64,000 nucleotides of DNA from positions 9,147 through 73,146 of the IMG/VR virus record IMGVR_UViG_3300037478_000223; one strand, given 5' to 3'. Position 1 is the stretch's first letter. Every line of letters begins with the position of its first letter. The position numbers and the translations under genes were made by a program. The DNA comes from a virus (taxonomy: Duplodnaviria > Caudoviricetes). Below, one piece after another: positions 8,085 to 16,594 of the stretch. Under the pieces are notes generated by a model. The model saw nothing but the letters and a program-made list of their open reading frames with translations, did no database searches and was not told the origin of the DNA.

Positions 8085-8881
8085 GACACCGGCAGAACGG
8101 GGCCGATGATGCAGTTGCCGGGGCCGCCACCGATCAGCGTTCCAGCTTGCTCTACGTCGCCGGTGTCCTCGGGGTCGGTGTCCAGCTTCACGAGTGCCTG
8201 ACCGTCGTTGTCGGGACCGTCGATCTTGGTGATCTTTCCCGACTTGATCAGCTCGTAGCGGCCGTCGTAGGGGACGTAAACCGCGACCTCGTCACCGACT
8301 GACACGTCTGCGACGTCGATCCTTGCCACGTGGTCTGTGGTGTTTCCGATGTCGTGAACAGTCACTTCCAACTGTGCGGCTACCATCCCGTAGACGGCTG
8401 CCGCTGAACTGTTCCTTACGACTTCGGTCCCCTTAGCGCTACCGTGCGCCCGCGCGTTTCTGCGCTTCGCGGAGTCGCGCCACGTGTCGATCAGCGTATG
8501 AAGCTCGTCCCGGAGGGAACTCCAGGGCATCCGGTCTTGCTGGTCCTGGAACCCGATGGCTTCCGCGCCACGGAGGATGCCGGTCAGGTGATCCCACGTG
8601 CGGGCGAAGCTGCCCGTGTTGGCCACGGACTTCCGGCCGATATCGACCATGTAGTCTCCCGCAGCCCGGATGACATGCGTCCGACCTTGGGTGACGCGCG
8701 TCTTGCGACTCTCGCTGACTGTGATCGATAGGCCGGTGTCGTGGGATACCACGGCTGCCCACCATCGCAGCTTCTCCAGGTCAGACCACCGATTGTCCAG
8801 GGGCGGCTCTATCCAGGTAGTCCACGACGATCCCTCTCCGTCGCCCAGCCGTGTCACGGTGCCATCGAATCCATCGGTCAT
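8081..8881 (-). CDS. Hypothetical protein
   Basis: 266-aa ORF in co-oriented gene run. Confidence 0.6.
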   Translation of the reverse strand: MTDGFDGTVTRLGDGEGSSWTTWIEPPLDNRWSDLEKLRWWAAVVSHDTGLSITVSESRKTRVTQGRTHVIRAAGDYMVDIGRKSVANTGSFARTWDHLTGILRGAEAIGFQDQQDRMPWSSLRDELHTLIDTWRDSAKRRNARAHGSAKGTEVVRNSSAAAVYGMVAAQLEVTVHDIGNTTDHVARIDVADVSVGDEVAVYVPYDGRYELIKSGKITKIDGPDNDGQALVKLDTDPEDTGDVEQAGTLIGGGPGNCIIGPVLPVS

Positions 8882-8932
8882 GCGGGTACGCTACAGCGCG
8901 GCGAATTGCCACGTCTGGATGGACGCGGTGAG

Positions 8933-9184
8933 CTACTGCCCTGCGGGTGGCTGACCAGGCTGCCCGCTCTCGGCGTCCATCTCCGCAACCTCGTCAAGGT
9001 GCGCGAGCACGGTCCGCACGACTAGGCGCATCTTCTGCGCCATCGTGGTCGAACGGTCTTCGAGAGCGTTGAGCCATGCCGCGTCAGCGACGAAGGTCGC
9101 GAGCTGAACACGCGGGTCATCCTCGGGGACCGGCTCAGGTTCGATCTTCACCCATCCGAGGGGCGTTGCCTTGTGAACTGTCAC
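8933..9184 (-). CDS. Hypothetical protein
   Basis: Co-oriented ORF; start uncertain. Confidence 0.4.
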   Translation of the reverse strand: MTVHKATPLGWVKIEPEPVPEDDPRVQLATFVADAAWLNALEDRSTTMAQKMRLVVRTVLAHLDEVAEMDAESGQPGQPPAGQ

Positions 9185-9194
9185 AGGGGCGACC

Positions 9195-9572
9195 CTAGTC
9201 GCGATTCGGGCGCCGTCGCCCCGAGTACCAGGGCAGCGCGAGCCCATCGCCAGGGGCGCGGGGCACTAGGTGTAGATGTAGATGGAACACGGACTGCGTT
9301 GCTGCATGTCCACGTGAGGTGATGATGTTCATGGGCTGATCACTCAGTCTGCCGATGACTGCGGCGGCTTTCATGGTCAGTGCGGACACTTCCGGGTCAG
9401 TGGTGAAGTCTGGCACGTGTACGCGCGGGATGATCAGCGTGTGCCCAGTGACTACCGGATCAAGCGGGATGATGGCGATGACGTCAGGCCATCTATGGAT
9501 CACGTCTGCCGGGGCTCGCCCGGCCGCGATCTCGCAGAACACGCACGCTTCATCGCTCATCTTGCTCACCAT
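9195..9572 (-). CDS. HIT-family nucleotide hydrolase
   Basis: CVFC N-terminal motif, GHTLIIPRVH, QSVFHLHLHLVPR histidine triad. Confidence 0.9.
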   Translation of the reverse strand: MVSKMSDEACVFCEIAAGRAPADVIHRWPDVIAIIPLDPVVTGHTLIIPRVHVPDFTTDPEVSALTMKAAAVIGRLSDQPMNIITSRGHAATQSVFHLHLHLVPRAPGDGLALPWYSGRRRPNRD

Positions 9573-9576
9573 GTGC

Positions 9577-9612
9577 TCACTGGAACGGTCACTGGAACGG
9601 TCACTGGAAAGG
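9577..9612. repeat. Three tandem 12-bp repeats TCACTGGAA(C/A)GG
   Basis: Copies at 9577, 9589, 9601. Confidence 0.85.
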
Positions 9613-9680
9613 ACAAGGGAGCGGGCCGATAGTTCGTCACCAGCATGTTTACGCGGTTTCTGAGGGACACGAGCGAGGAC

Positions 9681-9711
9681 ATGACACCCGCTTACATAAA
9701 GCGGGTGTCAT
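9681..9711. terminator. 13-bp perfect inverted repeat
   Basis: ATGACACCCGCTT-ACATA-AAGCGGGTGTCAT. Confidence 0.6.
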
Positions 9712-9892
9712 CGTTGTGGGACTCGGCGCCGTGCACGTTGATCACGGATCATCGCTTCGAGTTCAGCTACCGATGGTCCGGTAGGCGGCCATGCCCGTCG
9801 CGCTGCTTCCTCTACAGGAAGTGAATCTCTGACACGGCGAGCCTCCAAGAGGATCCGGCCCGCATCGCGTATCGCTTCCTAGCTCGGACGTC

Positions 9893-10111
9893 TCATCGAT
9901 CTTCTTCGATGGATTCAGGTGGAGGAAGCCAGCCGTGCACGCCACAGTCCGAGCATGGAACGTTGCTCCAGTACCTCCGCAGTCGCCGTCCAGATTCCAC
10001 GTCTGCATCGATGAATCCCGATGGAAGCGGGTAGTCGTGCACCCGGTTCGGGCAATCCGTGTCTCGGGGGCCCGGTGTTTCGTCTCCACCACAGATGTAA
10101 GTCATCCTCAC
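9893..10111 (-). CDS. Small Cys-rich protein
   Basis: ATGA coupling; CSDC motif. Confidence 0.55.
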   Translation of the reverse strand: MRMTYICGGDETPGPRDTDCPNRVHDYPLPSGFIDADVESGRRLRRYWSNVPCSDCGVHGWLPPPESIEEDR

Positions 10112-10353
10112 TTCGTGATCCCATCAAGGATCTGCGCGTCGTCAGCGTCGTCCCACCCTGGCACGCTCCACCCGTGCCATCCGCACGCCCTCCGCATCCC
10201 TGAGCCCCAGAACGTGCACACGTAATGCGTGTGCATGTGGTGGCCGTGTTCGTTGTCCATGCGGTAGCCCAGGATTCTGCGGTGTCCGCAATCGGGACAC
10301 GGCAGTTTCGGAACCAAGAACCCAGCAGGGTCCCGGGGGCGCCCGTTGGTCAT
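10108..10353 (-). CDS. Small zinc-finger protein
   Basis: CPDC, HTHYVC, CGWH motifs; ATGA coupling. Confidence 0.55.
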   Translation of the reverse strand: MTNGRPRDPAGFLVPKLPCPDCGHRRILGYRMDNEHGHHMHTHYVCTFWGSGMRRACGWHGWSVPGWDDADDAQILDGITK

Positions 10354-10520
10354 GCTGTGTCATCCCGTGTCGCGTCTTCGATGCTTTCCGCAGTCCAGAA
10401 CGTGCCCCCACAGTACGGACACCACAGGATCTCAACACCCACAGTCCATACCGGCTTGCCGTCGAACCCGACATCGAAAGAGTGCGTCATGCGCGCGATG
10501 TCTTCGTGGTCGCAGACCAT
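10350..10520 (-). CDS. Small protein with CPYC motif
   Basis: Hand-translated MVCDHEDIARM...WCPYCGGTFW; coupled at both ends. Confidence 0.5.
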   Translation of the reverse strand: MVCDHEDIARMTHSFDVGFDGKPVWTVGVEILWCPYCGGTFWTAESIEDATRDDTA

Positions 10521-10717
10521 CAGCAAGGCTCAGCAAGGTTGATCTTCCCCGCCGACGTGGCGCGCCCGATCACCGCGCCGCATACCTGGCACAGCAGGTT
10601 CCACCAGCCGCATCCGCAATCGCATGGGTCGCTCGTGCGAGGCCCGATCTTCTCCGGGTCGATGCGGTCGATGTCTGAGCAGTCCGGGCAGGCAAGGATG
10701 TCGATGGTGTCGGCCAT
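10520..10717 (-). CDS. Small zinc-finger protein
   Basis: CPDC, CDCGC, CQVC motifs. Confidence 0.55.
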   Translation of the reverse strand: MADTIDILACPDCSDIDRIDPEKIGPRTSDPCDCGCGWWNLLCQVCGAVIGRATSAGKINLAEPC

Positions 10718-10720
10718 GCC

Positions 10721-10975
10721 TCATGGTCTCCCACTCGCACGACCGTCTTCGATGCTGTATTCGAGTCCATCCCTGCTGAACTTCACCGGCCGTAGTCCCT
10801 TCTCTTGATCTGGCGTAAGCACGAAGCCTGTGACCGCGATGCCGGGGCACTCCTTCGTGTAGGTGTGCGGTCCGGTCCGGACAAGCAGGTCATCAGGAAG
10901 GATCGGGTACCGGGCGGCGCGGGGGTTTGCACCCTCGATCGTCTCGGTAGCTCGGAATCCATCTATCCCCTTCAT
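10721..10975 (-). CDS. Hypothetical protein
   Basis: Co-oriented, tight packing. Confidence 0.55.
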   Translation of the reverse strand: MKGIDGFRATETIEGANPRAARYPILPDDLLVRTGPHTYTKECPGIAVTGFVLTPDQEKGLRPVKFSRDGLEYSIEDGRASGRP

Positions 10976-11290
10976 CGTCCGATCATCCCACTCGCACGAG
11001 TCGCGGTGCCGGGTAGTAATGGGAGTAATACGTTACTACTAGAACTACCTACTAGTTTGGTAGGAGATACCTGCCTGTATTGACGTCCATCGATACAGCA
11101 CGCTCGTGCCCACCACAGTGGGCACTTGCCCAAATGCCAACTGTGGTGGGCACCGGCGTGGACACGGCAGACGTGATAGGAAGGGGGTTGTCCGCCAAGA
11201 CACCAGGTGATCACGCGATGATCTGGGCACATGAGGCCGGGCCGGAGGGCGGATGGGCGCCCCGGCCCGGCTTCGCGTGCGGGACGATGC

Positions 11291-11373
11291 AGGAGTGTGG
11301 CAGAGCGGTCGATCGCGCCCGGCTGTAAACCGGGTCCCTTCGGGGGACGGGGGTTCGAATCCCTCCACTCCTA
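11291..11373 (+). tRNA. tRNA-Tyr (GTA), long variable arm
   Basis: Acceptor AGGAGTG/CACTCCT, anticodon arm CCCGG-CTGTAAA-CCGGG, TPsiC GGGGG-TTCGAAT-CCCTC, discriminator A, CCA not encoded. Confidence 0.92.
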
Positions 11374-11377
11374 CCGG

Positions 11378-11608
11378 TTAGTCCCGAGGGTTCGGAACCC
11401 CGAACAGTTCCTTGTGAAGGTTCTGGCAGTATCCCCATACGTCGAACGTCTCGGACTCAGCGCCAGCAGCACGCGACACTAGCCGGTGGCAACGCGTCAG
11501 GTCACCATCGGTCCCCCACCGGATTTGCGCGGCGCCTTCCCCCATCTTCCAATACGTCTTGAGGCGTTCACTGGACAGAACTGCGGCAGTAGGTGATTCA
11601 TCATTCAT
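11378..11608 (-). CDS. Conserved actinophage protein (ERLKTYW...IRWGTDGDLTRC family)
   Basis: Motif seen in actinophage head-region proteins. Confidence 0.65.
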   Translation of the reverse strand: MNDESPTAAVLSSERLKTYWKMGEGAAQIRWGTDGDLTRCHRLVSRAAGAESETFDVWGYCQNLHKELFGVPNPRD

Positions 11609-11796
11609 GACTCATACCCCCTGATGTCTTCGATCGTTTCAGGTCGCTCCAGGCACAAACACCAGTAGAACACCGGCGTCCCCAACTCTTCCGGATCGAC
11701 TCCGGCCGCGATCAGGTCTTCACGTTGAGACGCGAGGCGCCTGCCCTCGTCTGCCAGATGTCGGCACTTCTCGTGCCCCGGTTCCGTGTCTGCCAT
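11605..11796 (-). CDS. Hypothetical protein
   Basis: ATGA coupling. Confidence 0.45.
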   Translation of the reverse strand: MADTEPGHEKCRHLADEGRRLASQREDLIAAGVDPEELGTPVFYWCLCLERPETIEDIRGYES

Positions 11797-11798
11797 GC

Positions 11799-12047
11799 TC
11801 ACCTGATCAGTCTCCCCGCGTGCGGAGCTACCGCGTGGCGTGCGGCCTGTTCTGCGAACCATCCTCGGATCACTCGCGTCTGATGGATGGCGTGAGCCTC
11901 GCCCGCGTCGAACCGCATCTTGCAGCGGCACACCACGATCATCTCATCGTCGCTACCGGGTTCGATGTACGCATGGACGACTGCGTGACGCGTCAGGATC
12001 CGTTCCAGCCGGTCCAGTAGTGCATCTAGTGCGCTCGGTTCGGGCAT
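11799..12047 (-). CDS. Hypothetical protein (CRC...H..HQ motif)
   Basis: Co-oriented ORF; start uncertain. Confidence 0.45.
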   Translation of the reverse strand: MPEPSALDALLDRLERILTRHAVVHAYIEPGSDDEMIVVCRCKMRFDAGEAHAIHQTRVIRGWFAEQAARHAVAPHAGRLIR

Positions 12048-12208
12048 GGGATCGACGGTATCGGGGATGTCGTGTGAGGGCTCTTCTTGGCTAGTTTTCT
12101 TGAACCGTTCAGCAACACGATAGACAACACGCCCAACGTGTCGGATACTTGGCGTGTCCATACCCAACACACATGGAACAGGACGGAGCACCCGGGGAGG
12201 TAGCGACC

Positions 12209-12700
12209 ATGCGCCACACCATCTCTATCCCGCGCGGCAACTACTGCGACCACGGAATCCTCAAGACCCAACTCACCCGAGATGGAGAGCCCTCGTGTGC
12301 TCTGTGCCGTCACGCCAAGCGCGTCCAGGATGAGCGCTTGGCGTACGCGGAGAGCGCGCCTGACTGGGGAATGCTCGCATCTGGTGACGACTCGTCGGAT
12401 GAGGTGGTTATCCGTGATGAAGAGCTTCCCACTGCGCCCCCTCTGCCGGACAACCTTCGCGTGCTCGCTGAGTTCCTGGACAGCCGCCCCGAGGCGTTCG
12501 ATGTGATCCGTGACGCGCTGGCAGAACTGGACCGGCCACCTCACCAGCGGTTGCGGCACGTGCAGTGTTCGGAGTGCCCGACGATCTTCCCCGCACGGTC
12601 GTCTCAGGCGCGCACGTGCTCGAACGCGTGCCGTATGGCGCGGTCGCGGCGACGCGCTGAAAGGGCTGATGGCCCGGCTGACCTGTTCGCGTCTGTCTAG
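12209..12700 (+). CDS. Zinc-finger DNA-binding-like protein
   Basis: GGAGG RBS; CDH...CALC and CSEC...TCSNACR motifs. Confidence 0.65.
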   Translation: MRHTISIPRGNYCDHGILKTQLTRDGEPSCALCRHAKRVQDERLAYAESAPDWGMLASGDDSSDEVVIRDEELPTAPPLPDNLRVLAEFLDSRPEAFDVIRDALAELDRPPHQRLRHVQCSECPTIFPARSSQARTCSNACRMARSRRRAERADGPADLFASV

Positions 12701-12728
12701 CGTCGTAGTTCCTGGGCGCGTGCTGCCC

Positions 12729-13229
12729 TCACGCGGGTAGCACGCGCTCATACACCGCCGAGAACGTCAGCAGGGCCCCGGCCGACCACGTGAACGGCGT
12801 CGTAGCGTTCCACGCCAGCGCGCTGGTAGCATCCGTCGTCAGGAATGACACTGTGTTCCCGCCGCCCCGGGTGATGGTGATCCCCTTGTGCACGTTCAAT
12901 CCCGTGGCCCCCGCCGATCGGGCGAACGCCACCCCAGCCGCCCGGAACACACCCGGCAAGGCGATATTGGTCGGAGTCCCGATCTCGATCACCCCCGTCA
13001 CAGCGCCGGTCACGTCCAGGGAGCCCCACATGTGCACGATCCCCCGCGCCGCCGCCCAACGCGCCTGGGTGATCGTGGCCGGGATGTTCGTCAGCGTCGG
13101 TGTGTAGTCCGTGTACTGTGCCTGTGCCTCCAGGGACAACAGGCGCCGCTCTAGGTATTCGATCCGGATGCCGTAGTTCGCGAGCCTCCGGTTGATGTCG
13201 TAGTCACGTTGCAGCGTCACACCAGCCAT
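12729..13229 (-). CDS. Minor tail protein
   Basis: Last gene of tail operon; N-terminal coiled coil, beta-rich C-terminus. Confidence 0.65.
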   Translation of the reverse strand: MAGVTLQRDYDINRRLANYGIRIEYLERRLLSLEAQAQYTDYTPTLTNIPATITQARWAAARGIVHMWGSLDVTGAVTGVIEIGTPTNIALPGVFRAAGVAFARSAGATGLNVHKGITITRGGGNTVSFLTTDATSALAWNATTPFTWSAGALLTFSAVYERVLPA

Positions 13230-13244
13230 GCGGGCGCCTCTCTC

Positions 13245-14510
13245 TCAGCAGTCGAAGCACGGTTCGAGGTCGTTGTCGTTCGGAAAGACCAGGTTCGCGG
13301 CCCGGTCGGCAAAAACCTGCGCTGTGACCTGCTCCGGGCCCTCCAACCCCACAGCGACCGACAGGCGACCGATCCTCACCTCAACGTCCGTGTTCGGCGT
13401 GTCCGGGCCGCCAATCATCGTCCAGTTCGGAGACGTGATGTCCAGGTTGATGAAGTTCCCAGGAGTCAGGTCGTCAATGGACAGGGTCGAGGGCCCGGCA
13501 TCCGTCCCGTAGTCGAGGCCAGCGAAGTTCAGGCTGATGTTCGCGGCGTTGTCGATGTGGTCGTCGAGGTACCCGAACGCGTGATCGTTCAGTGTGCTCG
13601 GATCAGTCACGGTGTCGAACACCGGCGCCGCGTCGTAGCGGGGAGCGTTCGGGAACCCAGGCACGAAACCCGTCGTCTCGATAAACGCGTCCTCGCCTTC
13701 TTCCTGACGTCCGAAGGCGTCCACCAGGTTTGCCAGCTCGTTGGCATCGAGCTTGGGGTTGAAGTCGGCCAGGTGGTGCCATGCGATCGTAGGGATGGGT
13801 GACGATTGTAGCCACGTGTCCGAGAAGAACATTTCGGACACCCACAGATCCGCGTTCCGGAAATGCTCCATGCGATATACGGGCGCGTCGATGATTTGCA
13901 AGAACTCGCGCAACACCTCCCCGATGTATTTCCGGTCGGCCGCGAGATACGTCCGATCCCGCAAGATCGTGGGCACCCCACCGAACCCGCCGATCAGGTT
14001 GATTCCGGGCCCCGGTTCCGGGTCCAGCGACCCACCCTCGAAGTTGGTCCCGTTTGCGTACTCGACCAGGTTGGCCGCGATGCTGTTCTGGTTCACCGCA
14101 CTGAACACGAGATCGGATCGGATCAGTCGGTAGTCCAGGTAGCTCTGAATCTCCGTGAACCCGAGCGTCACTATCCCGTCACTTGACCCATCGAACGACG
14201 TCACGATCCCGCCGAACATGTGCGCTGGATCGTGCCCAGTAGCAGAACCGCCAGCCACGCGCGAGAAGTAGATGCCGATCGCGTTCGGGTACATCTGGAT
14301 CATCCGCACGAACGCTTCCGACAGGAAACCTGTACGCCCCCCCGACGTCACGCCATGCCGGTTGAACCGGACCGTCCCTTGACCGGCCTCCAGGAACGAC
14401 GTCTGAAACTCGAAGTCGATCGGAACGACGACCTTAACTACCTGACCCGTCGTGAGCTGAACCAGCTCAACACGCCAGTTCGCCGCACACTCGCACACCT
14501 GCTGGCTCAT
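13245..14510 (-). CDS. Minor tail protein (Tal/baseplate hub type)
   Basis: Follows Dit-like gene by ATGA coupling; size and composition typical. Confidence 0.75.
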   Translation of the reverse strand: MSQQVCECAANWRVELVQLTTGQVVKVVVPIDFEFQTSFLEAGQGTVRFNRHGVTSGGRTGFLSEAFVRMIQMYPNAIGIYFSRVAGGSATGHDPAHMFGGIVTSFDGSSDGIVTLGFTEIQSYLDYRLIRSDLVFSAVNQNSIAANLVEYANGTNFEGGSLDPEPGPGINLIGGFGGVPTILRDRTYLAADRKYIGEVLREFLQIIDAPVYRMEHFRNADLWVSEMFFSDTWLQSSPIPTIAWHHLADFNPKLDANELANLVDAFGRQEEGEDAFIETTGFVPGFPNAPRYDAAPVFDTVTDPSTLNDHAFGYLDDHIDNAANISLNFAGLDYGTDAGPSTLSIDDLTPGNFINLDITSPNWTMIGGPDTPNTDVEVRIGRLSVAVGLEGPEQVTAQVFADRAANLVFPNDNDLEPCFDC

Positions 14511-16594
14511 CCCGAGATCACCGCGTTCTCCCACTCGATCTGGACGGAACCAGTGTCTGCCGGGTCGCCTGTAGTGAACGACACTTCATGTACGCCCGGT
14601 GACAGCGGGAACGTGTAATCACCCAAGAGGTGCTGCGTCTCGTCGCTTATCCCTGACGATGCTCGCCCCCACCTGGTATCCACGGTCACCCGTTCGAGGG
14701 CGCCGACATCTTCGTCATACGTGAACGAGAACGGGCCGTATGAAACGGTGATCGGAGCCGTCAGCGGCCCGTCAAGGCGGAACACCGGGAACACACACAG
14801 ATCACCGACGACTTCGATCGTCGCCGGTTCGCCCGCTGTCGCGCCCTCGTTGATCCACAGTTGTGCCAGGTCAAGCGTCTGGTTCGCCAGAGCGATTCCG
14901 CTCCATCGCAGCACCGGCTGCATGAACGCGGCCATCGCCGGTGCCGCGAACGTTTGCGTGAACCGCGTCCAATCCTCGGTCGCGTCCTGGTTAACGCCCG
15001 TCGAGGTGGACAGCAAAACGCCTCCCGCGTCGCGCCACACCGCATCGACCCTGGTCGAGATCGTGCCATCGGGTATCTGACGGGCCCACCACGCGAAAGC
15101 GTAATCGTTCCCGGCCGTGACCGGAATCCCGTCCGTACCAGACCCGGCCGCCGCGCCAGACATCGGAGATGTCGTGTTCGGCGTCGTGACGTTGATCGAC
15201 AGATACGATCCGCCGTCCGGCGCACCCGACGAGATCGTGCTCTGTGTCGCTACCGCGTCCTGCGTGTCGAACGTGACATCGGTGAGCCGGTAGTCCTGCG
15301 CGATGTTGCCACCGGCCGCCGCACCAGCCGACATGCTCTGCGTATGCGTCGCGTGCCAGTTCCCGGCGCCTGTGTCCGCGAGTTGAAGGCGCGCATCCTG
15401 CGCGTCGAAGCGGAGCGTCACCCTCGCCGCCCCACGGTTCGAACGCATCCACTCCACCTGCGCCACACGCGGGCGCCCGCGCACCAGGTACGGCCCGAGG
15501 TAGGTTTTCTCTTCCTCGGTCGCATCCGCCTGGTGGCAGTCGGTGAAAAGCACCAGAATCGCCTGAGTGCACGAGCGTGACCACTCGGTTGTCAGTCGTT
15601 TGACCTTCTGCCGTGCGCTCATGGTCGCTGCAACGAACGGTTGCAGGAATGCGGGGGGAACGACCGACCACGTGTTTCCTGATCCGTCTACGAACGGTGT
15701 GGTGCCGCCAGGTTGGTCAAAGTTGGGGTTCGCGACGATGGTGCCGTTGATGCCAGTTCGGATCTCGGCGGAGAAAACGCGACCGGTTACAAGGTCCGCG
15801 GTCCCGTCGCTGTGACCGCCGATCTCTACCTGCGCGGGGCCCGCGAAGATCGACGTCACGGCACCGGGAACCATAGCCCCCAGTTGGGTCCAGGTCATAC
15901 CGTCTGTGCTGGTGTAGAAAGTGACTTCCCGTGAACCACCACCATTATCAACGTCCAATGTCGCGCGTATCCACAGTGGCTCACCATCTGCGATACTCAG
16001 CGCAACCGTAGACGCCACTGCGATGACGGCTGTTCCGTCATCGGACCAGACCAGGCGAATTTCACCAGCGGGGTTGATCTGAATCAGGTAAGACCTGTCT
16101 CCGACATCACCCCACTTGGTGACAGGCGACTGGAACATGTCCGGTGTCCAGTCGTCCATGGCGAGGTAGACGCGAATGTCGATATCGCCGGTTATTTGCA
16201 GTGGTGCCGAATTCGGTGTGAAAGCATGGCCGGGGGCTACTCCGTTGAGGACTAGCGCGCCATCAACCTGGGGCGTCGGCAAGCATCCCGGGCATGCGTC
16301 GTTCTTCACGATCACTTGGAAAGTCAACTGCCGGGGTTCGTAGTAATCCCCGAATTGTTCCACGCCGTCGCGCTGCGCGAACGCCACATCCCCCGACCGC
16401 ACGGACGGCACCCCGAGCCCATCCGGGGGCAGCAGCAGGCATCCGAGCGGCGTGGTGGGTAGGAACCCGTCTACCTCGCTGCCGCCCGAGAGGCTGATTC
16501 CCTGTGCCTGGGATGACACGATCTCGCCGTTGACGAAGTTGTCTTTGTTGTCCTGCCACATCACAGCGCCCCACGCGCCACTGTTCCGGCTCAT
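14507..16594 (-). CDS. Distal tail (Dit-like) protein with inserted LamG-like and CBM-like domains
   Basis: Directly after tape measure; YYEPRQLTFQV and LRFDAQDARL Dit segments split by two beta-sandwich inserts. Confidence 0.75.
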   Translation of the reverse strand: MSRNSGAWGAVMWQDNKDNFVNGEIVSSQAQGISLSGGSEVDGFLPTTPLGCLLLPPDGLGVPSVRSGDVAFAQRDGVEQFGDYYEPRQLTFQVIVKNDACPGCLPTPQVDGALVLNGVAPGHAFTPNSAPLQITGDIDIRVYLAMDDWTPDMFQSPVTKWGDVGDRSYLIQINPAGEIRLVWSDDGTAVIAVASTVALSIADGEPLWIRATLDVDNGGGSREVTFYTSTDGMTWTQLGAMVPGAVTSIFAGPAQVEIGGHSDGTADLVTGRVFSAEIRTGINGTIVANPNFDQPGGTTPFVDGSGNTWSVVPPAFLQPFVAATMSARQKVKRLTTEWSRSCTQAILVLFTDCHQADATEEEKTYLGPYLVRGRPRVAQVEWMRSNRGAARVTLRFDAQDARLQLADTGAGNWHATHTQSMSAGAAAGGNIAQDYRLTDVTFDTQDAVATQSTISSGAPDGGSYLSINVTTPNTTSPMSGAAAGSGTDGIPVTAGNDYAFAWWARQIPDGTISTRVDAVWRDAGGVLLSTSTGVNQDATEDWTRFTQTFAAPAMAAFMQPVLRWSGIALANQTLDLAQLWINEGATAGEPATIEVVGDLCVFPVFRLDGPLTAPITVSYGPFSFTYDEDVGALERVTVDTRWGRASSGISDETQHLLGDYTFPLSPGVHEVSFTTGDPADTGSVQIEWENAVISG

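Noticed and set aside
11291-11373. tRNA as an attachment site or prophage boundary
   Set aside because: No duplicated 3' end and no integrase; phage-like genes continue on both sides
12729-16594. Diversity-generating retroelement acting on tail genes
   Set aside because: No reverse transcriptase and no template/variable repeat pair seen
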